Source of the DNA: a virus
Reading direction: 5' to 3' (one strand)
UHGV virus genome: UHGV-1373565
DNA length: 46,060 bases
This document shows, piece by piece, positions 1 to 8,164 of this stretch. A model generated the notes under the pieces. That model made no database searches and had not been told where the DNA came from. It saw only the letters and a list, made by a program, of their open reading frames with translations. A program made the position numbers and the translations under genes. The first letter of the stretch is position 1, and every line of letters starts with the position of its first letter.

Positions 1-90
1 AGTAAGCTATAGTAAGCTATAGTAAGCTATAGTAAGCTATAGTAAGCTATAGTAAGCTATAGTAAGCTATAGTAAGCTATAGTAAGCCCT
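1..90. repeat. Tandem 10-bp repeat AGTAAGCTAT, 8 perfect copies plus one degenerate copy (agtaagccct). The same 10-mer array is at 45988-46060, so the two are contiguous if the sequence is circular or terminally redundant.
   Basis: Direct reading of the sequence; identical unit at both window edges. Confidence 0.95.
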
Positions 91-146
91 GTAAGTTTCT
101 CCTTATTCTCTCTTTATAGAGAGAATATAATATAGTAAGCCTTATT

Positions 147-187
147 AGCCCTCTTGAGTGTAGTAGCTCAGGAGGGCTTTATTTTGT
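147..187 (+). terminator. Hairpin (agccctcttgag / ctcaggagggct, loop tgtagtag) followed by ttattttg; candidate rho-independent terminator.
   Basis: 11/12-bp inverted repeat followed by a T-rich tract. Confidence 0.45.
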
Positions 188-202
188 CTAGTACACTAGA
201 CT
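186..202. repeat. Palindrome A (gtctagtacactagact), one member of a dispersed CTAGTAC palindrome family.
   Basis: Near-perfect 16-18 bp palindrome; recurs at 3019-3040, 7544-7561, 35113-35138, 39366-39382 and 45848-45865. Confidence 0.6.
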
Positions 203-208
203 GGAGAC

Positions 209-228
209 TTAGGCACTCCAATAGATAA
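209..228 (+). promoter_or_regulatory. Degenerate phage-RNAP promoter-like sequence (ttaggcactccaatagataa).
   Basis: Matches the window's 23-bp promoter consensus except for 2-3 mismatches. Confidence 0.3.
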
Positions 229-247
229 CTAATCAACGGAGCAGTTT

Positions 248-400
248 ATGCAAACTAGTATTAAGCCAGAGAAGATGAAATCTAAGAAACTACGTAAGCT
301 GAATGAGAAGGAGCAAGAGGAGCTTGCAATCCGTCAGCAGCATAAGGGCAAGCACCATAAGACCCAGCGTGGCAAGCGCCCTGAGTGGGAGGCTTACTAA
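248..400 (+). CDS. Hypothetical small basic protein (50 aa).
   Basis: ATG preceded by ggag; K/R-rich; below the ORF-track length threshold, translated by hand. Confidence 0.35.
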   Translation: MQTSIKPEKMKSKKLRKLNEKEQEELAIRQQHKGKHHKTQRGKRPEWEAY

Positions 401-543
401 TGAGGTACGTTATTAAGCAGCAACCTGATGGTCTTTGGTATGTAAAGGATGAGTATCGTAATAAGGTACTAGTATGTGATGCAAGCAGGGAATACTGTGA
501 AGGCTTCTTAGCAGGTGTTGCAGCTGTTGGAGGTGATTGCTAA
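400..543 (+). CDS. Hypothetical protein (47 aa).
   Basis: TAATG overlap with the upstream ORF and with the primase start, consistent with translational coupling. Confidence 0.3.
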   Translation: MRYVIKQQPDGLWYVKDEYRNKVLVCDASREYCEGFLAGVAAVGGDC

Positions 544-2555
544 TGGCTATTGTTATGAACCTACCTTGCCCTGCCTGCCAGAAGAATGGCGCAGACAAGA
601 ATGGTAAGTACCTTATGGTGTTTGAGGATGGCGGTAAGCTCTGCATACATACTCACAACCACGATAACCGTGAGCGCTACTATGAGCCACCAGATGGCAA
701 AGACCCTGTGTTTGACCGTGAGATTGATGGCAAGGTTCAGTATTCTCCTGAGCAATTCCGCAAGCTGGAATCAGATGGCAAGCTGAGTGATTCTTTTACC
801 CGTCATCTTGCTATGTCAGGCATGAGGATGAAAGACCGCTATGAGATTCTCACTGATGATGAGCGCACAGCTCTGGAGAATGAGTGGCGCATGGACATGG
901 AGTGGTTTGAAGGGCTTTCCTTTAAGTCACTAGCTGACCGTGGCATACATGGGCTAATCGCCAAGCTTTATAATGTGCGAGTAGGTCATGATGAATCTGG
1001 TAAAGTTGTCCGTCACTACTACCCAACTTATGACAGCCAGCTAAACCTGATTGGCGCTAAGTGTCGAACGTTGCCTAAGGAATTTATGTTCGGGCATCTT
1101 GGTCGTCGCTTTGGTGACACTGCACTGTTTGGTATCCACACCCAGCAAGCTGTACTTGATAGCGGTACTTTCAAGAAAGGTAAGATGGGTAAGCTGCTGG
1201 TAGTTGGCGGTGAGTGTGATGCTATGGCAGCTCAGCAGATGCTGGTTAAGAGTCTCAATAAGCTTGAGCAGTTCAATGGCCTGAAGTCACTTGATGGTCT
1301 GCGCCTAGCTCATGTGTGGTCGCCAACTAAAGGGGAGACAGCGCTAGAGGAGATTGTAGCTAACCGTGAATACCTCAATCAGTTTGAGGAGATTGTATGG
1401 GGCTTTGATAACGACGATGTAGGCAACAAGCTTAACCTAGACTGCTCCCGCTTGTTCAGGCAGAAGTCTAAGTTCTTTAACTACCCAGCTGGATGCAAGG
1501 ATGCTAATGATTGCTTGCTTAAAGGCAGGGAGAAGGAATTCATGGATTCGTGGTGGCAACCAGCAGAGGCTAGAGTTAAGGGCAAGCTGAGGGAAGCTGG
1601 TCACTACGCTAAGCGAGCTAAGCAAGCTGTAGAGATGGGCTTGTCATACTTCTGTGAAGCTCTCAACATGATTACCTTTGGTATTCGCCTGCGTTACTTG
1701 TCTGTGTGGGGTGCTGGTACTGGTGTAGGTAAGACAGAGATTACTACTCAGCATATCACCAGCCTAATCAAGCAAGGTAAGCCAGTGGTAGCTATCTACC
1801 TTGAGAACAGTCCAGAAGAAGTCCTCAAGATGGTGGCAAGCCAGATGGCTAACAAGGACTTTATGAGTCCACCGCTAGGTGAGGGTGATGAGTACGATGC
1901 ATCTAGGGATTACACTCAAGAGGAATTAGACGCTACAATCGATGAACTAGTAGCAACTGGCTTGCTTATCATACCAGACCTTGAAGGTAGTAAGGACGTC
2001 AACGTAATCATGGAAGTCCTAGAAGATGCATTAGCATTAGGCTACCAGTATTATGTTATCGACAACCTGACAGCCTTTGAGCACTACGTAGACGGTAAGG
2101 TTCAGGTTGGTGTCGCTGCTATTGATGAGACAATGAAGCGCATTGGTACATTTAAGGATGAGCATGACGTCAACATTATGCTGCTCACTCACTTAAGTAG
2201 ACCAGAGAAAGGCCGTGACCCCCACGAGCTTGGTGGTGAAGTCTATATCACTGACTTACGTGGTGCAGGCTCTATCAGCTTTTGGGCTAATGGTGTATGG
2301 GGCATCGAGCGTAACACTCAGGCTGAGGCTATTAGCGACAAGTGTACTACACTGCTGCGTAACCTTAAGTCTCGTGGCGTTGGTCACAAGGTTGGCTCAA
2401 CAGTTGTGCTCCGCAAGGACATTACTACTGGTGAGTTTGAGTACCTTGAAGGTGTTCATGAGCTGCCGCAGGTTGGCAGGAAGAAGAAGGAGAGTAAGCG
2501 CGATGCGCAAGCTCAACGGTTTATTGAAGATGCAGAAACTGACGGAGAGTTCTGA
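543..2555 (+). CDS. DNA primase/helicase (T7 gp4-like).
   Basis: N-terminal Cys4 zinc-binding element (CPACQ...CIHTHNH); Walker A GAGTGVGKT of a DnaB-family helicase; acidic C-terminus ending in Phe (DGEF). Confidence 0.9.
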   Translation: MAIVMNLPCPACQKNGADKNGKYLMVFEDGGKLCIHTHNHDNRERYYEPPDGKDPVFDREIDGKVQYSPEQFRKLESDGKLSDSFTRHLAMSGMRMKDRYEILTDDERTALENEWRMDMEWFEGLSFKSLADRGIHGLIAKLYNVRVGHDESGKVVRHYYPTYDSQLNLIGAKCRTLPKEFMFGHLGRRFGDTALFGIHTQQAVLDSGTFKKGKMGKLLVVGGECDAMAAQQMLVKSLNKLEQFNGLKSLDGLRLAHVWSPTKGETALEEIVANREYLNQFEEIVWGFDNDDVGNKLNLDCSRLFRQKSKFFNYPAGCKDANDCLLKGREKEFMDSWWQPAEARVKGKLREAGHYAKRAKQAVEMGLSYFCEALNMITFGIRLRYLSVWGAGTGVGKTEITTQHITSLIKQGKPVVAIYLENSPEEVLKMVASQMANKDFMSPPLGEGDEYDASRDYTQEELDATIDELVATGLLIIPDLEGSKDVNVIMEVLEDALALGYQYYVIDNLTAFEHYVDGKVQVGVAAIDETMKRIGTFKDEHDVNIMLLTHLSRPEKGRDPHELGGEVYITDLRGAGSISFWANGVWGIERNTQAEAISDKCTTLLRNLKSRGVGHKVGSTVVLRKDITTGEFEYLEGVHELPQVGRKKKESKRDAQAQRFIEDAETDGEF

Positions 2556-2556
2556 G

Positions 2557-2805
2557 ATGTCTAAGATTGAGATTACTGTAGATATATACCCACACAATCA
2601 CACTGTTGATGGTAATACTGTACCTATGACAGTTGTAGATGCATCAGCTGTAGTAGCTAACGAGGTTATAGTGGCTCGTAAGGCTTTAATTGATGAAGCA
2701 ATGGAGTCGCTTGAGGGGATTACAAGAGATGATGTGATTGCAGCAACTAAGCGTGAAGTTCTGCGTGAGCTGACTGTGAACCTAGTAGCTAACGGAGTGC
2801 TGTAA
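2557..2805 (+). CDS. Hypothetical protein (82 aa).
   Basis: ATG 1 nt after the helicase stop. The track ORF 2215-2805 is the same frame extended upstream into the helicase gene. Confidence 0.5.
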   Translation: MSKIEITVDIYPHNHTVDGNTVPMTVVDASAVVANEVIVARKALIDEAMESLEGITRDDVIAATKREVLRELTVNLVANGVL

Positions 2806-3002
2806 TGAAACCAGCAATTCTTACTAATGCTAACGTTGGCCTCAAGATGTCTGACCTTGAGGCTCGTGCTCGTGCTGGCGACCCTTGGGCGCAGGCTCAG
2901 CTGACTAAGCAAGCTATGGGCTTTGCTAATGCCATGCAAGCTGATGTCCGTGAGGGAGCTGACATGCAAGACCGCAAGGACTTGCTGCTTATCAATCGCT
3001 AA
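2805..3002 (+). CDS. Hypothetical protein (65 aa).
   Basis: TAATG coupling with the preceding gene. Confidence 0.45.
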   Translation: MKPAILTNANVGLKMSDLEARARAGDPWAQAQLTKQAMGFANAMQADVREGADMQDRKDLLLINR

Positions 3003-3018
3003 GCCACTTCGGTGGCTT

Positions 3019-3040
3019 TAGTATAGTGTACTAGACTGGA
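3019..3040. repeat. CTAGTAC-family palindrome variant (gtgtactagactggagtcta); overlaps the RBS of the next gene.
   Basis: Inverted repeat tagact-gg-agtcta; shares ctagactggag with the 186-210 copy. Confidence 0.5.
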
Positions 3041-3047
3041 GTCTATC

Positions 3048-3320
3048 ATGGTTAAAACTACAAGCTGGCAGGCTTACCAAGAAATCCTGCGTGGTGGTGT
3101 AGCTGTTAAGCAAGCTGAGAAGGTCTTGCAAACTATCAACTACTATCCATCTGGTGTAAGCAGGGCAACCATTGCTCGTGCTATGGGTATGCCTATTAAT
3201 GCTGTCTGTGGTCGTGTCAACGAGCTGCTGAAAGCTGAGGTAATTTATGTGTCAGGTACTGGTAAGTGCCCAGTAACTGGTAGGACTGTTGAGATGCTAA
3301 AGGTGGTTGAGTATGACTAA
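3048..3320 (+). CDS. Small winged-helix/HTH DNA-binding protein (90 aa).
   Basis: Segment SRATIARAMGMPINAVCGRVNELLKAEVI resembles the recognition helix-turn-helix of ArsR/MarR-type wHTH proteins; ggag RBS. Confidence 0.5.
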   Translation: MVKTTSWQAYQEILRGGVAVKQAEKVLQTINYYPSGVSRATIARAMGMPINAVCGRVNELLKAEVIYVSGTGKCPVTGRTVEMLKVVEYD

Positions 3321-3411
3321 GATTATTACACTTAATGTCACTATCATTGTTGACAGAGATACAGAGGTTATGGTAACTGGTGATAATGGCTCAGCTAAAT
3401 CTTTTTGCTAA
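3313..3411 (+). CDS. Possible small ORF (32 aa).
   Basis: ATGA overlap with the upstream stop; no other support. Confidence 0.2.
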   Translation: MTKIITLNVTIIVDRDTEVMVTGDNGSAKSFC

Positions 3412-3508
3412 AGTTTACAGCAGCTACAGTGATACTAACGATGACATCGAGCAAGCTATAGCTGCTGCATCAAGAGAAGTTATTAATGAACTAATGCCGG
3501 ATAACTGA
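3386..3508 (+). CDS. Possible small acidic ORF (40 aa).
   Basis: Fills the gap before the DNAP gene; weak support. Confidence 0.2.
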   Translation: MAQLNLFAKVYSSYSDTNDDIEQAIAAASREVINELMPDN

Positions 3509-3516
3509 GGTAAAAT

Positions 3517-5360
3517 ATGGAACACTTTCCGTCAATGTTTGCCAATAAAGCTGACCGCCCCTCTGGTAAGGGGCGCTTTCTTGTTGGTGACTTAGAGGGT
3601 GTGGGGCTTGTCAGGGCTATTCGTAAGCCGTCTGACATTCACGTCATCACCCTGCAAGATTACTTTAGTGGTGACTACTGGATTTTCTTCGACCCTATTG
3701 AGAAGCGAATCAACCCTAGTGAGCTGCAAATGGAAGGGGAGCAGGATGGCTACATTGAGGATGGTGTTCGTATGCTCATGGAGTCAGAGGCTTTCTGCTT
3801 CCAGAACGGCGTAGGCTTTGACTTGCATGTGTTTGAGAAATGCTTCCCGTGGTTCAAGTATAACTATTGTGAGTCACGAGCAGCTCGCCCACATGCTGAC
3901 ATCTTCCCGTTTAAGTTTATGGATACCATGCTGGTTAGCCAGCTGACCTATCCAGACCGCCCACTGCCACCACAAGCTTACGCCATTGGCGCAGGTAATA
4001 CGGGTCCACATAGTATTGCAGCTCATGGTATCCGCATGGGTCGCTATAAGCCTGACCATGAGGACTGGTCTACTCTTACTGATGCAATGATTCACCGTAA
4101 CGTGGAAGACGTTGCTATCGGTACTGATATGCTTAAGTGGCTCATGGAGGGTGATTGGGCTGAGCAGAAAGCTCGTGGTCTGAACAAGACTACTGGCTGT
4201 GGTATTGATACAGCTTATCAGATGGAGCAGCAAGTAGCGCTCATGATTAGCCGTCAGGAGCAGCGAGGCTTCCGCTTCGATATGGCACAGGCCTACAAAG
4301 ACTTCTGTACCATTGACAAGGAGATGGAAGACACAGCAGCTGCTGTTGACCCACTCATACCGCTCAGGCTGGTCACTAAGCCTTACAAGTTTGCTGACCT
4401 TAAGTCAAGGTATGATGCAGCTGTCAAGGCTGGGTTCACTGAGGCAGAGCTTAAGCCTATCTTCAATGGCATCAATCAGACCATGAAAGCTATGGGTGAT
4501 GAAGCTCGCATGGGTGACAAGGCTACTATGTGGTCTTTGACAACCAAGAACGGTGACTACAGCAAGCGTTTGCAAGGTTACTTCCCTGAGATGCGTGGCA
4601 ACATAAATGACACGCATGACCCTCTTGTAGCTGGTGCATTCACTCCAATTAGCTTTGAGCATATTGGCTTGGGTAATCTTGACTACATTAAAGAGAAGGT
4701 GCTGTATCCACTTGGCTGGCGTGGTGTTAACTTGTCGGACTCTGAGCAAGAGTGGTATGACGAGCATGGAACAACACGTTATCCGTGGTCTGGTAAGATT
4801 GATGACGACTCGCTTGAGCTATGGAAGAAGAAACAGGAAGTACCAGAGTGGGCGCAGCAGGTTGTTAACTACTACATCCTACGCTCGCGCCGCTCAGTTA
4901 TCCTGAACCGTGGCGACCTTGACCACTTCCTTGAGAAAGGTCAGTGGCCTAAGCAGAAGAATGGGCGTCATGAGTGCCGTGGCTTGCTGGCAGTAGCTTA
5001 CTGCAAAGAGCATGACATGATGGCTATGGAATACTTTGCTAAGTTCCGTGAGTGGCCTACATCTGAGGATGAGGACTGGCGTGTACCAGCAGCAGCTTTC
5101 AGCATAGGAACCAATACCTTCCGTATGCGTCATCGCTTTGTGGTTAACATACCTGCTCGTGGGTTGTGGCCTCTGCGCCACCTGTTCATTGCATCTAAGG
5201 GTAAACTTATCTTAGGCTGTGATGGGGCTGGCCTTGAGCTGCGTATGCTTAGTCACTTCATGAATGACCCTGAGTATCAGGACATCATTCTCACTGGTGA
5301 CATCCATACACATAACCAGCTTAAGGCAGGCTTGCCTACTCGTGATATGGCTAAGACGTT
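3517..5360 (+). CDS. DNA polymerase (family A, T7 gp5-like), exon 1. Ends inside motif B (...LPTRDMAKTF).
   Basis: Motif A DGAGLELR; DIHTHNQ; motif B begins RDMAKTF as in T7 RDNAKTF. The frame then diverges and stops 10 codons later. Confidence 0.85.
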
Positions 5361-6034
5361 TAACACAATGGGCGTCTATAAACTCCTCTAATTCGGTGAA
5401 CATCTCCAAGAGACAATACCGAGCTAAGCAGGTGGTCATAGCAACTCAATAGGAGGTGCTTATGATTATGTCAAACTGTAATAAGACTAAGGCAGAGCAA
5501 ACTGCCGACCCTGGTAAATATCCACAAGGCTACTTTAAACCAAAGCCTTGTAAGTGTTGTAAGAAAGTATTCACGCCTAAGGCTCCATCAGAGCTGTATT
5601 GCTCTGATACCTGTAAAGATAAGGGTATAATGAATGCTTACTTGCAACGCAATTATGGTATCACCTTCCGCCAATACCGCCTCATGCTTGAAGACCAGAA
5701 AGGTTTATGCAAGATTTGTGGTAGTGAAGGTTTCATAATGAATAAGGATAGACACAAGATGAAGCTTGTAGTAGATCACTGCCACTCCACTGGTAAGGTC
5801 AGAGGCTTACTGTGTCATAACTGCAATAGGGCATTAGGTTTATTCCAAGATAGCCAAGATTCACTACTCAAAGCTATTGACTACCTGAAAGTGTAACGAC
5901 TAGCCGAAAGGCGTAGGGCTAAGCAGCCCGAAACGGGGAGGCTCGCAAGAGCAAGAGATAGTCTGCTCTGCATGGTGACATGCAGCAGTTCTATAAGAAC
6001 GGCCTAGGTCTAGCGAGCCTAGGTGAACATAAGG
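5361..6034 (+). mobile_element. Group I intron (about 674 nt) interrupting DNAP motif B and carrying an HNH homing-endonuclease ORF.
   Basis: The 5' exon ends in U (acgtt|) and the intron ends in G (aagg|), as group I splicing requires. Joining 5360 to 6035 restores KTF-IYAFLYGSG, matching T7 KTFIYGFLYGAG. The 3' part holds GNRA-capped hairpins (gcc-gaaa-ggc; ctgcatg-gtga-catgcag). Such introns are reported in T7-like DNAP genes. Confidence 0.6.
5462..5896 (+). CDS. Intron-encoded HNH endonuclease (Endonuclease VII / HNH family).
   Basis: CKICG...VVDHCHSTGKVRGLLCHNCNRALG motif; aggagg RBS 5 nt upstream of the ATG. Confidence 0.8.
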   Translation: MIMSNCNKTKAEQTADPGKYPQGYFKPKPCKCCKKVFTPKAPSELYCSDTCKDKGIMNAYLQRNYGITFRQYRLMLEDQKGLCKICGSEGFIMNKDRHKMKLVVDHCHSTGKVRGLLCHNCNRALGLFQDSQDSLLKAIDYLKV

Positions 6035-6731
6035 TATATACGCATTTTTATATGGCTCTGGCATTGATGGGCTAGCTCGCTTGGCTGGCATTAGCTTTAG
6101 TGAGATGGAACAGTGTATTGCTCGCTTCAAAGCTGAGCTACCTGCACTTGCTAAGCTCATTGAGCGTGTGGAAACTGCTGGTCGCAAGTTCGGATACCTA
6201 CAAGCTATTGATGGTCGCTGGGGCCGTATTCGCCGTAAGAATGGCAAGCCACTGTTGCACACTGCACTTAACGTATTGCTTCAGATGACTGGCTCTCTGG
6301 TTATGAAGTATGGTGAGTGCATCGCTGAGACTCAGATGATTGAGGAAGGGGTTGCATTAGATGATAAAGGCTATCCAGCTTTCGTGGCTAACGTACACGA
6401 TGAAGTACAGATGGAAGTCCCTGAAGATGAAGTTGATGTTATGGACTACACGTTGCCATATACACTTGATGGATTCGAGAATGAGAAGAAAGCTATCAAA
6501 GCGGTCTTTGATGTTGAGGAGAAGCGAGCACACACTGATGACAGTGGGCGTAAGTGGTCAGCAGCTATCAAGGTTTCTGCTGCTGATGGTACTATCCATT
6601 GTCGCAGGTACTATCATCGAGCTGGTAACATCCTTATGGATGCTTTCGAAGCTGCTGGTGTTAAGTTCAACATGAGATGCCCACTTGCTGGTGAATATAA
6701 GATAGGCCGTAACTGGCACGATACTCACTAG
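6035..6731 (+). CDS. DNA polymerase exon 2 (motif B remainder IYAFLYGSG through motif C VHDEVQ to C-terminal His).
   Basis: In-frame reading upstream of the track ORF 6081-6731 gives GIYAFLYGSGIDG...; HTALNVLLQMTGSL and VANVHDEVQMEV match T7 gp5 C-terminal motifs. Confidence 0.8.
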
Positions 6732-6754
6732 TATTAAGCACTACAATAGGTATA
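6732..6754 (+). promoter_or_regulatory. Phage RNAP promoter (tattaagcactacaataggtat).
   Basis: Matches the 23-bp consensus shared by 9 sites. Confidence 0.7.
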
Positions 6755-6779
6755 ACAAACTAACGTTAGGAGAAACACA

Positions 6780-7544
6780 ATGTCTTTAGAAGGTTTTGAT
6801 TTTGGCGCAGAGCTAGCAGAAGCGTCAGGTGTCAAACGAGTAAACCCTGAAGTTGGCTTGCACTTTGCTCGCTTGCGTAGTGTGATTCACTTAGGCTCAA
6901 TTGCTGCTATGTATCGTGGCAAGCCAAAGCCACCAGTTAACAAGGCTGCTTTCATCTTCGAACTTAAGGGCGACCTTGATGAGGTTGATGACCTGCACCC
7001 TGACAATGGTGAACCGCTGAGCATCGGCATCGGTGTAAACCTGACCAAAGGTGACAACGCCAAGCTAACAGAAGTTATGGCAGCTCTCATCTCTAAGAAG
7101 GAGATGGAGGAAGGTACTGTCAAAGGTATGGATGACCTGATTGGTCGTGTATGCCAGCTTGACCTGAAGGGTAGTGATGCCAAGGGTGATGACGGTAAGC
7201 CTAAGTACGTTGACATCAAATCACTCAGCCCTGTGGCTAAGGCATTCGCCGCACAGATTCCTGAGCTGTCAGTATCCGGTGTAGGCCACTGCCGACTGTC
7301 TCAGCTGACTATGGCTGCGATGGATGAGCTGAACGTATTCCTTGACGTCCAAGAGGGCATCATGAAATCCGAGGAGTGGAAAGCAGGAACGCACCCAGCA
7401 ATCGCTCTGGTGGAGGAAATCCGCAAGGAGCGTCCGAACTATGCCAAGGCTGAGAAGAAGGCTGACAAAGTCGCTGACGAGCCACAGGGCGAGCAGGAGC
7501 CGTCTAAGCCAGTTGAGCAGATGAACACCGATGAGGAGTTCTGA
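6780..7544 (+). CDS. Putative ssDNA-binding protein (gp2.5-like), 254 aa.
   Basis: Position in the replication module; acidic C-terminal tail ending DEEF, as in T7 gp2.5; own promoter and optimal codons. Assignment is by analogy, not by a recognised fold. Confidence 0.45.
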   Translation: MSLEGFDFGAELAEASGVKRVNPEVGLHFARLRSVIHLGSIAAMYRGKPKPPVNKAAFIFELKGDLDEVDDLHPDNGEPLSIGIGVNLTKGDNAKLTEVMAALISKKEMEEGTVKGMDDLIGRVCQLDLKGSDAKGDDGKPKYVDIKSLSPVAKAFAAQIPELSVSGVGHCRLSQLTMAAMDELNVFLDVQEGIMKSEEWKAGTHPAIALVEEIRKERPNYAKAEKKADKVADEPQGEQEPSKPVEQMNTDEEF

Positions 7545-7565
7545 GTCTAGTACACTAGACTGAAG

Positions 7566-7587
7566 CCGTACTAGTTAGCTAGTACGG
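7566..7587 (+). terminator. Hairpin B (ccgtactag-ttag-ctagtacgg), 9-bp perfect stem, immediately after palindrome A at 7544-7561. Candidate terminator or RNase III site.
   Basis: Perfect inverted repeat; the same element recurs at 38932-38956, 45801-45822 and 45871-45892. Confidence 0.5.
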
Positions 7588-7609
7588 TATTAGGCACTAC
7601 AATAGGAAT
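7588..7609 (+). promoter_or_regulatory. Phage RNAP promoter (tattaggcactacaataggaata).
   Basis: Consensus match. Confidence 0.75.
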
Positions 7610-7689
7610 AGCTGAGTAGACTCAATTGGTAGAGCGGTACACCAGAAATGGCAGTATCAGTTGCTGGTTCAAGTCCAGCCTCAGCGACC
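7610..7689 (+). tRNA. tRNA-like element with canonical D-loop and T-arm; the anticodon arm cannot be resolved.
   Basis: AGCTCA-like D-arm (ACTCAATTGGTAGAGC); perfect T-arm GCTGG-TTCAAGT-CCAGC; 6/7 acceptor pairs (GCTGAG/CTCAGC) then ACC. The 27 nt between the D- and T-arms do not fold into a standard 5-bp/7-nt anticodon stem-loop. Confidence 0.4.
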
Positions 7690-7712
7690 TATTAAGCACT
7701 ACAATAGATATA
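7690..7712 (+). promoter_or_regulatory. Phage RNAP promoter (attaagcactacaatagatatag).
   Basis: Consensus match. Confidence 0.75.
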
Positions 7713-7750
7713 GTGAATATCTCTTTCAAACTTTATGAGGAATTAATATT

Positions 7751-8110
7751 ATGGCATTTGTAATCAAATCTGATGTATCACGTCGTATCGTAGCTGGCGC
7801 TTTCAAAGAGTCTGAGTTCTTCTATGTAGCTGATGAAGCTACTGGTGAGCTGATTGGTAAGAAACCTCACGACACTCGTGAAGAAGCTGAGCTGGAGCTG
7901 GCTGGTCTGGCAGGTCTGGAAGCTGGTCTGGAGTTCGCTAAGGCTCAGTTCCCTAAACTGTCTACTAAAGCTCAGGTTGGTAAAGCCAACGTAATCTCCG
8001 AGTATCTGGCTTGGGAAGCAGCTGGTAAGCCAGTTAAGTCTGTTGAAGAAGCAGACGCTGAAGAAGTACCGGAAGCTCCAGAAGCTGCCGCAGAAGACGA
8101 AACCTTCTAA
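7751..8110 (+). CDS. Highly expressed small acidic protein (119 aa), function unknown.
   Basis: Own promoter, gagga RBS, own terminator; codon usage biased to ctg/cgt/ggt/gaa; net charge about -15; C-terminus EDETF. Confidence 0.7.
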   Translation: MAFVIKSDVSRRIVAGAFKESEFFYVADEATGELIGKKPHDTREEAELELAGLAGLEAGLEFAKAQFPKLSTKAQVGKANVISEYLAWEAAGKPVKSVEEADAEEVPEAPEAAAEDETF

Positions 8111-8116
8111 TAAACT

Positions 8117-8154
8117 GCCCCATTGGTCAATCGACCTTTGGGGCTTATTTTTGT
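8117..8154 (+). terminator. Rho-independent terminator (GC hairpin followed by ttatttttgtt).
   Basis: gcccca...tggggc stem with inner ggtc/gacc pairing, then a T-tract. Its 3' half is near-identical to the terminator at 18094-18126. Confidence 0.6.
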
Positions 8155-8164
8155 TGGAGGGTTT

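Noticed and set aside
1-90. CRISPR array, considered because of the regular 10-bp repeats at both window ends.
   Set aside because: The units are directly tandem with no spacers, the unit is only 10 bp, and there are no cas genes. It is a simple tandem repeat.
2215-2805. 196-aa ORF overlapping the 3' end of the primase/helicase.
   Set aside because: The upstream 115 codons lie inside the helicase gene in another frame. The real gene most plausibly starts at ATG 2557, one nucleotide after the helicase stop.
7610-7689. Assigning an anticodon or amino-acid identity to the tRNA-like element.
   Set aside because: No 5-bp stem plus 7-nt loop could be found between the D- and T-arms. An identity would be a guess.
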